Positions 28,572 to 41,368 of a DNA stretch of 64,000 nt are shown here, piece by piece. The notes below the pieces were generated by a model. That model had not been told where the DNA came from and ran no database searches. It saw nothing but the letters and a program-made list of their open reading frames with translations. Each line of letters begins with the position of its first letter. Within the stretch, counting starts at the first letter, position 1. The translations under genes were made by a program, and so were the position numbers. This DNA is from Octopus vulgaris (taxonomy: Eukaryota). The DNA is taken from positions 54,870,001-54,934,000 of the forward strand of contig OX597817.1 of NCBI GenBank assembly GCA_951406725.2. The letters run 5' to 3'.

Positions 28572-28879
28572 ACGCGAGCACTAAACACTAAACACTCACA
28601 CACAACAATCTTACAAACACACATACACACGCACACAAAATTTCTGTAGGTCTTTCTGTCCGTCTCTATCTCTGTCGCTCTCTCTCTCTCTCTCTATCTT
28701 TCTCTTTTTCTCTCATCATTCTCTAAATACTATTAACTCTTTTACACTCCAACAAACTAAAGGTGTCCCTCTCTGGTGCTCCAGCAAGACCGCAGCCGCA
28801 TAGCTTAAACGAATAAAAGAATATATCTTAACACTCAAACCCTCTTTTCCTCTCTTCTGTATGTCTGTCTGTCTCTCTG

Positions 28880-28917
<38 letters not shown>

Positions 28918-29463
28918 TCACTCCTTCACAATCAGAACTATTTTCTTCTCCCTCTTTTTAATGAAAGTTTTTCTTCGTTCTTCATTTTCATTCACGTTCC
29001 ACCTCCTTCTTCTCACACTTTCACTTTCTCTATAAACACGCTCACAATTTAACATTGTCTTTCTCTCTCTCTACCTCTCTCACACATACACACATACCCT
29101 TTCTTTCTCTCTCTCTCTCTCTCAGTCTTTCTACCTATCTTTATCACTCACTAACTCAATTAGATTTTAGTATGTCTTACTCTGAATCAACCTCTTTCTC
29201 CTGTTTCATTCTCTCTCTTTCCCTTTTCATTCGTTAAATAATTTTCGCGCGCACGCGCCCTCAATCAATCAGTTAATCGATCCTTCAGTCAATCGATCTC
29301 TCTGCCCCTTTCTCTCTCTCCCTCACTATCTATCTATCTACCTGTCTGTTTGTCTACGTGTCTGTCTATTTATCTATCTATCTATCGATCTATCGATCCC
29401 TCCAACTATCCATCCATCCATCCATCCATCTATTTCTCTCTCTCTCTCTATCTCTCTCTCTCC

Positions 29464-29512
<49 letters not shown>

Positions 29513-29513
29513 A

Positions 29514-29565
<52 letters not shown>

Positions 29566-29940
29566 GTCTATCTATCGAACTATCGATCTATCCATCCATC
29601 CACCTATCTACCTATCTTCCTCCGTTACACCATTCCTTCACTCTTTCACCTGTTATCCCTACCCCCTTTACTCTCTCTCCTTCACTCCCTCCCTCCAGCT
29701 TCCACTTTTTCTTCTTTCTTCCTCACATCCCTCTCTTTCCTCCCTGTCCAACCTCTCCTTTTTTGCTAACCCTCAGCATCCCCCCTTTCCTCCTCCTTCC
29801 TATGAGACTCCACTTTTACATTTCACCTTTATCTCTATTATTATTCTTCTGGTCAAAGCTCTCCTCTCACCTAACTCTCTTTTTCATTGCCTTCCTCTCC
29901 TCTTTATCCTCCACATTATCTCTGGTCACTCTTACTCTAC
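26790..29940. repeat. ~3-kb pyrimidine-skewed low-complexity tract ((CT)n, (CAC)n, (TAC)n, (TCTA)n)
   Basis: Strong G depletion on the + strand; source of low-complexity ORFs 27490-28584 and 29358-30026. Confidence 0.85.
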
Positions 29941-30214
29941 CCACATGCTTAGGCGCGCACAAACACACACAAAGAAATACACACACACACACACACACAC
30001 ACATGCACACAGTGATAGCTACGTAGGTAACCGGCTAGATAGATAGAGAGACAGACATAACCGTATACATACATACGTACGTACATGATAGGTATGCCAT
30101 CCTGACGAAAACTTCTCATATCCTCATACAAACAAACATACATATATACATGCATATATATGTGTGTGTGTGTGTCTGTATGTGTATGTATATATATATG
30201 TATGTATATATATG

Positions 30215-30247
<33 letters not shown>

Positions 30248-30388
30248 GTATATATATATAAATATATATAAATATATATGTATATATATATGTATGTATA
30301 TATGTATGTATGTATGTATGTATATATATATATAGATAGAAAGATGTATATACATGCAAAGTTATATGTGCGTGTAAATTTTCACACA

Positions 30389-30426
<38 letters not shown>

Positions 30427-30520
30427 AACATACATATATAATATTTACATGTGTATACTCACACACACATATATGTATATATATATACTTCTATATATAT
30501 GTAATATATATATTTATATA

Positions 30521-30558
<38 letters not shown>

Positions 30559-30731
30559 CATAAATATATATATATATATATATACATGCGTATATGCATA
30601 TATCTATTTACATATTTGCATATACACATGTATACATACACCTATATATGCATATATAAATACTCCGCACGCACACAGATACAAATACATACACATATAT
30701 TCATACGTATATATATGTAATGGTATGAGTT

Positions 30732-30780
<49 letters not shown>

Positions 30781-31010
30781 CTGTGTGTATATATTCAGAT
30801 ATTCAGGGCACCTTACATGGTTCAGTGTGTTTCATTCTCAAATGTCATCTTGTTATCTAACCAAATCTAAACAGTACGCATATACACACATAAATACATG
30901 CACACATACGCACACAAGCCTCCTCCTCCTCGCGATCTATGCATATATAAATAAACATAAAAACACACAGACAGTTATACATACATACGTATATACACAA
31001 ACACACACAC

Positions 31011-31055
<45 letters not shown>

Positions 31056-31228
31056 CACGTATACATCTATATATATATACAAAAAGCAATAAAGATTCAA
31101 GTTAATTTAAATGAATTTACTTGAATATGGTACCTAACTTAGATGCACCAAAAAAAACTATACTGATTTAACAATACAGTAATGTGGGGTGATTATAAGC
31201 GAGAATGAAGCAACAAGAATGGATAGGT

Positions 31229-31319
31229 TTTTAGTACGATCGTTTCATACAAGGACAGGTTTTATTAAAAGTTGCAAAAATTACAGCATATAAACATGTC
31301 CCGTACTCATCAGCTAAAA
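31229..31319 (-). ncRNA. Type I hammerhead ribozyme with extended stem II
   Basis: TTTTAG-CTGATGA-GTACGGGACA...TGTCCTTGTAT-GAAA-CGATCG-TA-CTAAAA; 6-bp stem I, palindromic helix III, GUA site. Confidence 0.85.
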
Positions 31320-31907
31320 TACATGTGAGTTCTCTAGACATCCTAGTGGTTGAGGCTATACTCATGAAGTAATGTAGATAATTAAATAACAACAGATTTC
31401 AAAAGTTCATTAAAGTTCCTTAAAGATGATTTACAGTCTTATTACAGAATTTCAAAAAGTCTTAATAGCATCACAGAATTTCAAAAAAGTCTTAATAGCA
31501 TCACAGAGAAGGTGACCCGATCCACAGTGCACATATGAATTTCCAGAGATATGATGAGGGGTTACATACTCACAGAAAGCAAATTTATCCATTGTCAATT
31601 ATAACGAGGTGGGTTTCAATTCCTGCTTATTAGCATTACAGAGAGGGTGAGTTAATCCTTTGTATAGATGCACAATTTCCAATGGTGTAGGTGTAAATTT
31701 CAAGGAATTTCATATTCACCGGCGATAAATTTATCAATGGTTGAACACAATGAGGTAGGTATCAAATCTTGCTATATGAATAGGTATTTGTCACATTAAT
31801 CAGATTACTGCTATTTACAAGAGGCTGTAGCTATTTTCACATGTATTTTAGCTGATGAGTATTTTAGCTGATGAGTATTTTAGCTGATGAGTATTTTAGC
31901 TGATGTA

Positions 31908-31998
31908 TTTTAGCTGATGAGTACGGGACATGTTTATATGCTGTAATTTTTGCAACTTTTAATAAAACCTGTCCTTGTATGAAACGATCGTACTAAAA
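31908..31998 (+). ncRNA. Type I hammerhead ribozyme with extended stem II
   Basis: Same sequence as 31229-31319 on the opposite strand; CTGATGA 31914-31920, GAAA 31981-31984, GTA ending at 31992. Confidence 0.85.
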
Positions 31999-32026
31999 AC
32001 CTATCCATTCTTGTTGCTTCATTCTC

Positions 32027-32070
<44 letters not shown>

Positions 32071-32071
32071 G

Positions 32072-32153
<82 letters not shown>

Positions 32154-32557
32154 GTATGTATATGCCGTGTCTCAGACTATCTTGACATTCAGTGTTCCGT
32201 CTCTTACACTCTGTCTTCTTCTCTTTCTCCTTCTCTTGCTCTTTATCTCACCTTATCCGATTTCATTTGCCCCTCCCTCTGGTTCCCCTTCTTGCAGAAC
32301 AGACGCTTACACCCACATTCAAACTACCACTTCCAAATAAGGAAATTAAACTAGAAGACGTTAGAAATTTTGGCAACAATCCGTAGATGACCTTACAGTG
32401 ACAGGCTGACTTTGGAAGGTGAACGTTGTTGAGTCGAGGTTTTATTCTAGTTAACGGCACTACCGTCTACGCAACACTGCATCTTTACATATATATTCAT
32501 GTGTGTATGTCTCTGCGTGAGTATGTGTGTGTGTTTGATTATGTGCTTGATTCCCTG

Positions 32558-32624
<67 letters not shown>

Positions 32625-33225
32625 CATATGAAGATGTACGCTCATATTTACTCAAACAAACCCACACCCAAGCGCATACACCCACAGATGCCCACATCTT
32701 AGGTCCTACAAAATTATGGAAGGTACTGTATTATACTGCTTAGCAGTAAGGTGAGGCGTTAGAGATACAACTAAGGACAATGCGGTGAATATAGCCTCGA
32801 ACATCATCGCAGTTAAATAGAGATTAATTTATCTTGCTAAGTCCGAAATCGGATTAATTGGCAACGAAATTTTAAGTAAGATTAATTACAACCTTAAGAA
32901 TGCAACTGACTTCCAACAATGGTATAATAGTAGCAGTGCCAATTATTTGAATAATGGTAATAAGGTAATTATATTTTGATTCCCTCATTTTGGTTCTTGG
33001 AGTTTTTATATTTTAAACCTGAGTATTTAAATCCCCACCCGATCACTTAGACATACATCACTATGGAAGATGACGAAACAGAGATGATCATGCATGCTAG
33101 AACAAAGCTATAGTTTTCAAGCTTCCTCCTTGGTTAAGAATATTCACCGCAGAGAATTGATTTCATATAAGTTCGATGATGTGCGACTGAGCGGAGAGAT
33201 ATGGTTATATGGGTCTAGATACCTA

Positions 33226-33418
33226 TTTCTTTACTACCCACAAGGGGCTAAACACAGAGAGGACAAACAAGGACTGACAAACGGATTAAGTCGATTACAT
33301 CAACCCCAGTGCATAACTAGTATTTAATTTATTGATTCCGAAAGGATGAAAGGCAAAGTCGACCTCGGCGGAATTTGAACTCAGAACGTAACGGCAGACG
33401 AAATACCGCTAAGCATTT
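33226..33418 (-). mobile_element. tRNA-SINE family A, 5'-truncated, with TSD
   Basis: Family A core on the minus strand; TCTAGATACCTA duplicated at 33214-33225 and 33418-33429. Confidence 0.85.
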
Positions 33419-33494
33419 CTAGATACCTAAGACGTATTAATTAACAAAATTGCCATCAAAAGCATTGGGCTATGTACAGGTGATAGGCTAGCTC

Positions 33495-33805
33495 AGTAGT
33501 TCTCAAATGGGATCTATATGTCCATGCAACAAAATGCTAAATTAAGGATCTACAATATTTTTAGAGTCACAGAAAAGATTTTGCTTTAGATGTGAGTCTT
33601 GCAAGAAATAGATAGCTTTCTTTCTCTAATGTTTTACATAGTTCGACCAACAGAAGTCAATGTAGCTGGCGCAGAAGAATAAAAGAAAAGTAATTTTGAA
33701 AGAAGTTTCTATAAAACTGATTTTTAAACATAGAATGGTTATGGGGGTCCACCGAAATAAAAGAGTAATGAATGGGGGCCATAGATAATGGTTGAGAAAT
33801 TGTTG
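33495..33805. mobile_element. Diverged hAT(Charlie)-like MITE
   Basis: Starts CAGTAGTTCTCAA and ends GGTTGAGAAATTGTTG, with subterminal GGGGTCC-like motifs. Confidence 0.4.
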
Positions 33806-35017
33806 AGAAATCCTGAGTTTGCTAGAGATAAAAACACCAATGATATACATAGATACCTCAAGAACAGACCTTAAAATATTCAATATTTTTGACCTAGTAC
33901 AACCATTAAAGCAAGTATTACAATTATTTTTTTACACTTAAAAATCAGTCTAGCCACAAAATTATACATTTTTTTTTAGAAACAGATAACAAAAAAATCT
34001 ATACATATTAGTCTGAGAACGTATCTCACACTTGAAAAAAATATATCTAATTTGTTATCAAGTAAGGAGGTCCATACCCCTAGAATATCCTCTAGACTTT
34101 AGAGGGTTAAAAATACAGAAATATCTTATTTAGATGTCAAGTCAAATATGTCTAAAACATTTTATCATTAATTAATAAATACTTCCTCATTAATAAACAG
34201 AAGAAACTTTACAATAACTATAACTTTAAATTAAGTTACAGTTCGGCTACTAACATGAAGTACTTTATAAATCATTAGACATCGAAATCCCCCGAGGCCA
34301 ACTTTATAAACGCGAAAACCAACAGATGGCTCCTCACTCAGTTACGCAATAACGAGACAATCGTATATGACACGGAATTGCTTCACTCAAATTATACATA
34401 AACGCACTAGACATCAAAAGCCACTTCACTTTATATCTAAGCGCCAACGGCATCGAACCATTTACTTCATCTCATATTTAGGTAATTTACAAACAACGAA
34501 ATGGTTTTTGCCTTATGATATTTCATTCTAGGTTTAAAAAAGAATTAGCAAAAATTCTTTTTTTGTGGATTCTCATCGGCTGAAATTATACAGAATTATT
34601 GAACTTGAGGTTCTGGTACCTTTGTAAAACGAGGTAAAAAGTATTGTTTTATTTCTTTACAGGTTTCAGTCATTAGACTGCGACCTTGCTGGATTACCAC
34701 CTGGAAGGATTTTGTCGAAGAAATCGCCAACAGCAACCCCCACAAAATTATTATATATTATTTTGAAATTAATATATATTATGTTGAAATTATATATTAT
34801 TTTGAAATCTGGTAATTCTTGCATCGGAATAATTTGAGCAGTGAAATTATAAAGAATTAAACAAACCAACAGCGGTTTTTAAGTTGTGCGGCGACGAACA
34901 TGACATGTCCTTAGATATGTATACACATTCTTTCTTCCTCATTTTTCTCTCCCTCACACGCACACGCTGTCACATACAAACATATATACATATATGTGTG
35001 TGTGTGTGTTTGTATAC

Positions 35018-35079
<62 letters not shown>

Positions 35080-35164
35080 TTCGTAAACACCAGTCGTTTT
35101 TTCTTTTTTTTCTCCATCTCTTGTTGCCCACTTTGGGATCTTTCTTTCCTCTCTCTTCCTTCTT

Positions 35165-35203
35165 TATGTTTCCGACGAAGAGCTCCGCTCGAAACGTCAT
35201 ACC
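35165..35203 (+). ncRNA. Minimal hammerhead motif with variant core CCGACGA in a (TA)n-flanked ~220-bp element
   Basis: CCGACGA-A-GAGC(tcc)GCTC-GAAA-C-GTC; element 35077-35297 lies between two (TA)n runs. Confidence 0.6.
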
Positions 35204-35291
35204 TTCCTGCTTCCATATTTCCTGAGCGCCTTTAATATTAATACTGTAATTGTTCCACGTGTTGTTGTTTTTTTGTTTTCCCGTTTGGATT

Positions 35292-35340
<49 letters not shown>

Positions 35341-35515
35341 TGATTGATTGATGATTGATTCTAGTTTCAGCTCATGAGCTGTGGCCATGCTGGGGCACCG
35401 CCATTTGGTGTTGCTACATGGTTTTACTTCACGAAAGCTTTTTAGCAACTGCCATTTGGTGCATGAGAGAGTTCGAATATATATAATCAAAATAAGCAAC
35501 AAGAATGACTCCGGT

Positions 35516-35606
35516 AATTTACTACAATCGTTTCGTACTACATCATTTTATTAAATGTTGTAAGTATTACAACAGATTTAAGATGCTGAGTACTCATCAG
35601 CCAATT
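35516..35606 (-). ncRNA. Type I hammerhead with extended stem II, diverged relative of the 31-kb motif
   Basis: Minus strand CTGATGA-GTACTCAGCATC...GATGTAGTAC-GAAA-CGATTG-TA; stem I partly decayed. Confidence 0.65.
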
Positions 35607-35722
35607 ATAGAGGTTTTCCATTAATGCAAAAGTTTTCAAATCGAGTGGCAACATTATGTAGATATACAGACAAAGATGTAGATTTAAATTTTAAGAACAT
35701 ATGAGGTAGTATATATATATAT

Positions 35723-35870
35723 ACGATGAGGTTCTTTCAGTTTGTGTCTGCCAAATCCACTCACAAGACTTTGGTCGGCCCGAGGCCATAGTAGAAGACA
35801 CTTGCCCAAAATGCCACGCAGTGGGACTGAACCAGGAACCAAGTGGTTGGGAAGGAAGCTTCTTACCACA
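35723..35870 (-). mobile_element. tRNA-SINE family B, 5' half
   Basis: Minus strand GTGTGGTAAGAAGCTT...GGTTCAGTCCCACTGCGTGGCA...GTGAGTGGATTTGG. Confidence 0.8.
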
Positions 35871-35928
35871 CATATATGTATGTATTATATATCTATCTCT
35901 CTCTCTCTCTGTCTCGCTGTGTATATAT

Positions 35929-35986
<58 letters not shown>

Positions 35987-37191
35987 TCTCAAACGAATAT
36001 TGTTGACAGTGACTTGTAAGTTTCGGCCAGTTAAGTCATACCTGAACTGCAGTCGAGGTCACTGTGAACAATATTCTTGTTTAAAAATAAATATGTGTTC
36101 TACAAAAATATAGAGAAATCCCTAAGATTAATTAAAAGATTTTTTTATTATAACTAAGTATAAAAATAAACATTAACACACACATACTCTACGCGCGCGC
36201 ACATACACACACATATGAACTCACACGTGCGCACATACATTTAGATTACAATTTCTTTCACTCACTCTAAATGTTTCCCTGTATTCATGCATATATCTGT
36301 GTGTGTGTATGTCAGTATATGTGTGTGTGTATAGAGAGAGAGGGGGAGGGGGAGAGAGAATGAGATAGGAAGAATGAGAGAGGAAGAATGAGAGAGGGAG
36401 TTAGAAAGATATTGAAATTATAAAACAAGAAAAAACAAGAATTCCAAATAGAATTAGTGCCACCAGCTGTTCAAACCAACAAAGGTAGATGTTTAGCATT
36501 GCCTGTAATGTTCTTAATGATTTGCTTTAAATAAAATTAATTTTAATCAATTTATATCAATTAATCATGTTTGTTAATTACGTAATTAATGATGTTTATT
36601 CGTAACGAAACAGCTGGTGAAATAATAAAATCATGAAAAATTTTCTGGAAAAATCTGTTTTTCTTCATTTTATTCTCCTAAATTATGCCAATTATGTATA
36701 TAGACGTGAGCTTTTCTCACTTACATTTACTACAATAATTAACGATGAATTGAGCTCTTAATTACCGCGAAAAGATGTTCTAAACATCATCTATTTTAAC
36801 ACCCTCCGTTCAGTTATATCATTCTGCACCAGTTATATTAATTATTATTTCCACACTCAAAGAGGTCGAAAAGATTTGTTTTCTTACATTCCTTTCATCC
36901 ACATTTTGTATCAGCCTTCGCGTTTTTATTGTTTTTCCTCGTGTTTTCTCCTGGTTTTTAAATAAATCTAACATTAGAATTGAAGATATATGGCGTGCTA
37001 AATATATCTGCTAATTTAATGTATCTTAAAGTATGAAACAATTAGTAGCTCCTTTGTAATTGTGTATAATAAATTGTGTGTGTAGACACAAAATACAATG
37101 TCTCTTTTGCCAAATCCTAAAAGGAAAGTCGGCTGAAAGGCCACTCTTGCGTTTCAAAGACAATCAGAAGCGATGCAACAATCCCTTTTCT

Positions 37192-37749
<558 letters not shown>

Positions 37750-37751
37750 GT

Positions 37752-37912
37752 GGGCATATGCTATAGTGGTTCGAAATTTACCCAGGTTCGAAATATCCCC
37801 AAGACACCTGATGAGCGCTGGAGGGTATATCAGCCGAAACGTTGTGTTAACAACAAACAAGTTGAGGACAAATATCCGTCAAATGTAAATAATGTAAATG
37901 AGGTAAATAATC
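37752..37912 (+). mobile_element. Inverted, internally deleted partner copy of the tRNA-HHR element
   Basis: Begins GGGCATATGCTATAGTGGTT (head start), joins via GGTT to GGTTCGAAATTT of the body, then HHR and tail. Confidence 0.8.
37803..37848 (+). ncRNA. Type I minimal hammerhead ribozyme
   Basis: GACAC-CTGATGA-GC-GCTG(gagggtatat)CAGC-C-GAAA-CGTT-GTGTT; stem I GACAC/GTGTT, palindromic AACGTT, GUU site. Confidence 0.8.
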
Positions 37913-38248
37913 CCTTTTCTTCCTAGAAAAAAAAAGCATCAGAACACAAGCCCTGGCACCAGTCCTGCTTCTCCTCAGTTCAAAGTGAACTCCAACATCA
38001 GGACCAACTTCGTACAAGCATGAAGACAAGCTGCCGTAACGCTGCTCGTCTAAATGGAAACTTTACCTGTCATTGTATTTTTTGGCAGGAAACAAAGCAG
38101 TCCTTGCTGTCCACTCAAGAAAACACATTGCAAATGATCCATAAGGCCCCAGCAAGCCTCAAGAGACACATGCGTGTCCACAGGACAGAATGACTGCTTT
38201 ATTGATCTCTCATTTGTCGTTCACGACAAAGGAACCAGTCATATCTAT

Positions 38249-38397
38249 AGGCGCAGGCGTGGCAGTGCGATAAGAAGCTTACGCCCGAACCGCATGGTTC
38301 TGGATTCAGTCACACTACGTGGCACTTTGAGCAAGTCTCTTCTACTATAGCCTCGCACCAACCAAAGCCTTGGGAGTGGAAACTAAAAGAAGCCCAA
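38249..38397 (+). mobile_element. tRNA-SINE family B, 5' half
   Basis: GGCGCAGGCGTGGCAGTGCGATAAGAAGCTT head through AAACTAAAAGAAGCCC. Confidence 0.7.
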
Positions 38398-38428
38398 CGC
38401 ACATGAATATACCAAGCGAATTGAAACC

Positions 38429-38588
38429 TATTTCTTTATTACCCACAAGGGGCTAAACACAGAGGGGACAAACAAGGACAGACATAGGTATTAAGTCCAT
38501 TACATCGGCCCCAGTGCGTAACTGGTACTTAATTTATCGACCCCGAAAGGATGAAAGGCAAAGTCGACCTCGGCGGAATTTGAACTCA
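38429..38588 (-). mobile_element. tRNA-SINE family A, 5'-truncated, 16-bp TSD
   Basis: CAAGCGAATTGAAACC duplicated at 38413-38428 and 38589-38604. Confidence 0.9.
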
Positions 38589-38674
38589 CAAGCGAATTGA
38601 AACCGTCAGCGTTTGCTGGTTTCCAAGGAGAAGCCATGGAAATCTAGATTTATTTACGGAGACAGCAACTGAGT

Positions 38675-38796
38675 ATCGCCTGAAGAGATACATATAGATC
38701 TTCTTATACAGGTAAATCATTGCATAATTTAATTAAAATTTAACTTTAAATCCTGTATATATAAAGATCTGTATGCATCGAAACATTTGTAGTGAT
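38675..38796 (+). ncRNA. Type I hammerhead ribozyme with a ~90-nt stem II domain
   Basis: ATCGC-CTGAAGA-GATACATATAGATCTT...AAGATCTGTATGCATC-GAAA-CATTTG-TA-GTGAT; followed by a pyrimidine tract and (TA)n. Confidence 0.8.
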
Positions 38797-38858
38797 TAAA
38801 AAGCTGCCAAACCGTACTTACTCTTCCTTTTGACTCTTTTTGACTCTTTTACTTTTTA

Positions 38859-38927
<69 letters not shown>

Positions 38928-38934
38928 GTGTGTT

Positions 38935-39157
38935 TGTGTCGGTTTGTGTGTCTGTGTTTGTTCTCCCACCATCTTATTACACCCGATGTCGGTGTGTTCA
39001 CGTTCCTCGTAACTTAGCGGTTCGGCAAAAAGTGACCGATAGAATAAGTACTAGGCTTACAAAGAATAAGTCCTGGGGGTTATTTCTTCAAGTAAAGGCT
39101 CCAGCATGGCCACATGGCTGCAGTCAAACGACTGAAAAATTAAAAGAAATAAAAGAA
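38935..39157 (+). mobile_element. tRNA-SINE family B, 3' half
   Basis: CGTAACTTAGCGGTTCGGCAAAA...GCTCCAGCATGGCC...GACTGAAAA tail. Confidence 0.8.
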
Positions 39158-39169
39158 TATTTATGCGTG

Positions 39170-39233
<64 letters not shown>

Positions 39234-39248
39234 TTTATATATAATATA

Positions 39249-39303
<55 letters not shown>

Positions 39304-39939
39304 ATATACACACACACACACACACACGCACATGCATATACGTATATAAAATTTAGTATGGTCATGATATAAATTCGCGCCCTTAGTTTCGTGTGGTGAA
39401 AATACGACGGGCGTCAAGCTTGAATAGCGTGCAGTATGTTTCCAAGGAAATTATCAGACTCAAATATACAGCATGGTTGGCGTTTGAAAAGATAAGCGAA
39501 CGAAAAAAATGATGAGAAGAAGGTAAAAGTAAAAGTGAAATGAGAAAAACTCTAACGACTAACAGCTTAGCGTGTATTCTTTTTCTCAAAGACCAGCCAT
39601 GTTGTATATATTTCAGACTGAAAGATTGCTTCGAAGCACACGGTATGCTAAACAAGGTTTCTTCGAACATCGTGTTTTCATTGCATTGAACTAATTAAGG
39701 CTCGAAGTTAAATCCTGCGTATCTCAAATGATATTTATCTCTCGCCGGATGGGCAATATTTTTTTGTTGATTTCGCCATCATGATACACGACCTTGGGTT
39801 TCAATGGACTACAGCTCTTCAACAACTTCCCAGAAAACCTGAGAGTCCAGTATGGAGCGGATGTAGGTGAAAAGAAGAGTGAAATGAGGAGGGGAGGAAA
39901 AGGGAGGTGATAGATAATAATAATAATAACAACAACAAC

Positions 39940-39992
<53 letters not shown>

Positions 39993-40072
39993 GAACTTCC
40001 AACCTGTTGTCTCTTGAGGTCTCTGGGTGAGACTTGGAGCCAATTTGTACAAATATAAAGCAAAAGTCAAAC

Positions 40073-40127
<55 letters not shown>

Positions 40128-40157
40128 TTCTTCTGTTTTCTTTTTTTTTTCACTTCT

Positions 40158-40355
40158 TTGAAGGAAGGAAGAAAGAAAAGTTGAGAGATATGACAGGTTA
40201 GCTTGGGAAGTTAAGCAGTTGTGATCGATGAAAAAGGGAGCAGTAGTACCAATAAGTGTCGGAGCCCTGGGAACAGTGAGCAAAAATCTTGAGAAGTATG
40301 TGGAACAAATAGGGGCTGCGATAAATGTGGAGCACTTGGAGAAAACAGCACTGCC
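40158..40355 (+). mobile_element. R4/Dong-type LINE fragment (restriction-like endonuclease C-terminus)
   Basis: Translation KEERKVERYDRLAWEVKQL*SMKKGAVVPISVGALGTVSKNLEKYVEQIGAAINVEHLEKTAL; close to (AAT)n at ~40075-40126. Confidence 0.75.
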
Positions 40356-40640
40356 TTTGTGGATATTTTTCATTGGTGACCTTTTAAAGAAAACAATAAA
40401 AAAATGACTCTACTTTCTGGATCTGTACGCAGAAAATAATTAAAAAAAAAAATCTCTCTTAAATCAACCGCTCACACTTCATTAAAATTAGCGAAACTTA
40501 ATTAACTTTGTTTAATTATTGATTTGTCTTAATGAAACTAAACTAAATGTTTATAGTGAAGGGTTACAGGTGATCTAACGAACAGTCAATATTGTATATA
40601 ACTGTTTTTTTGCCTTTGTTGTTGGTTTTTCTTCTGTTGA

Positions 40641-40809
40641 GGCGCATGCGTAGCTGTGTGGTGAAAAGCTTCGTTTCCAAAACTCATGGTTCTGGGTTCA
40701 GTCCCACTGTGTGATACCTTGGCGCGTGTCTTTAGCTTCAGGCTCACCAAAAGCTTGTGAGTGGATTTGGTAGACGAAAACTGAAAGAAGTGAGCTGTAT
40801 GTGTGTGCT

Positions 40810-40871
<62 letters not shown>

Positions 40872-40875
40872 GTGT

Positions 40876-40907
<32 letters not shown>

Positions 40908-41143
40908 CTGTGAGTGTATGTGTGTGTGAGTATGTATTTGTATCTCACCACCGCTTGGCAACCGGTGTTGGTGTGTTTCGGACCCCTCCTTAACCCAGCG
41001 GCATTGGCAAAACTGACAGAATAAATATCAGGCTTAAAACAAAAACTCAAGTACTGGGGGGCGATTTATTCGACAAAAAATACTTGGATGCCATGCCCCA
41101 GCATGGCCGCAGTCTAATGACTGATACAAGTAAGAGATAAAAG
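40641..41143 (+). mobile_element. tRNA-SINE family B, full length with expanded internal (TA)/(GT) repeats
   Basis: Head GGCGCATGCGTAGCTGTGTGG, GGTTCAGTCCC, tail GCCCCAGCATGGCCGCAGTCTAATGACTG. Confidence 0.8.
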
Positions 41144-41368
41144 ATGTCGACTCTTGAGAGAAAATAGACAAATCAACTGGTCAAAGATGTAAAAGGACAT
41201 CATTAAATACCAAGAAAGAAAGCTCCATAATTTCTGGCGGCAGAATCGGTAGCACGTTGGCCAATTAGCCTAGCGGCATTTCATCTGTTTTTACGTTCCG
41301 AGTTCAAATTCCGCAGAGGTCGAATTTACCTTTCATCTTTTTGATGTCGGTTAAGAAGACCCCAGTCG

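Larger units (their letters stand above)
31200..32027. mobile_element. PLE-like element with ~125-bp inverted terminal repeats, each carrying a hammerhead
   Basis: 31200-31328 is the reverse complement of 31837-32027 apart from a 16-mer amplification; right end abuts (TA)n. Confidence 0.8.

Noticed and set aside
27490-28584. 364-aa His/Pro/Ser-rich ORF
   Set aside because: Runs through (CT)n and (CA)n tracts; G-poor composition suppresses stops; no recognisable domain or splice context.
31843-31920. Short direct repeats resembling a CRISPR array
   Set aside because: Contiguous 16-mers with no spacers, eukaryotic context, no cas genes.
37960-38240. C2H2-like ending ASLKRHMRVHRTE*
   Set aside because: Single broken finger with no linker repeats; more likely an old RTE-type LINE 3' end than a zinc-finger gene, and too decayed to call.
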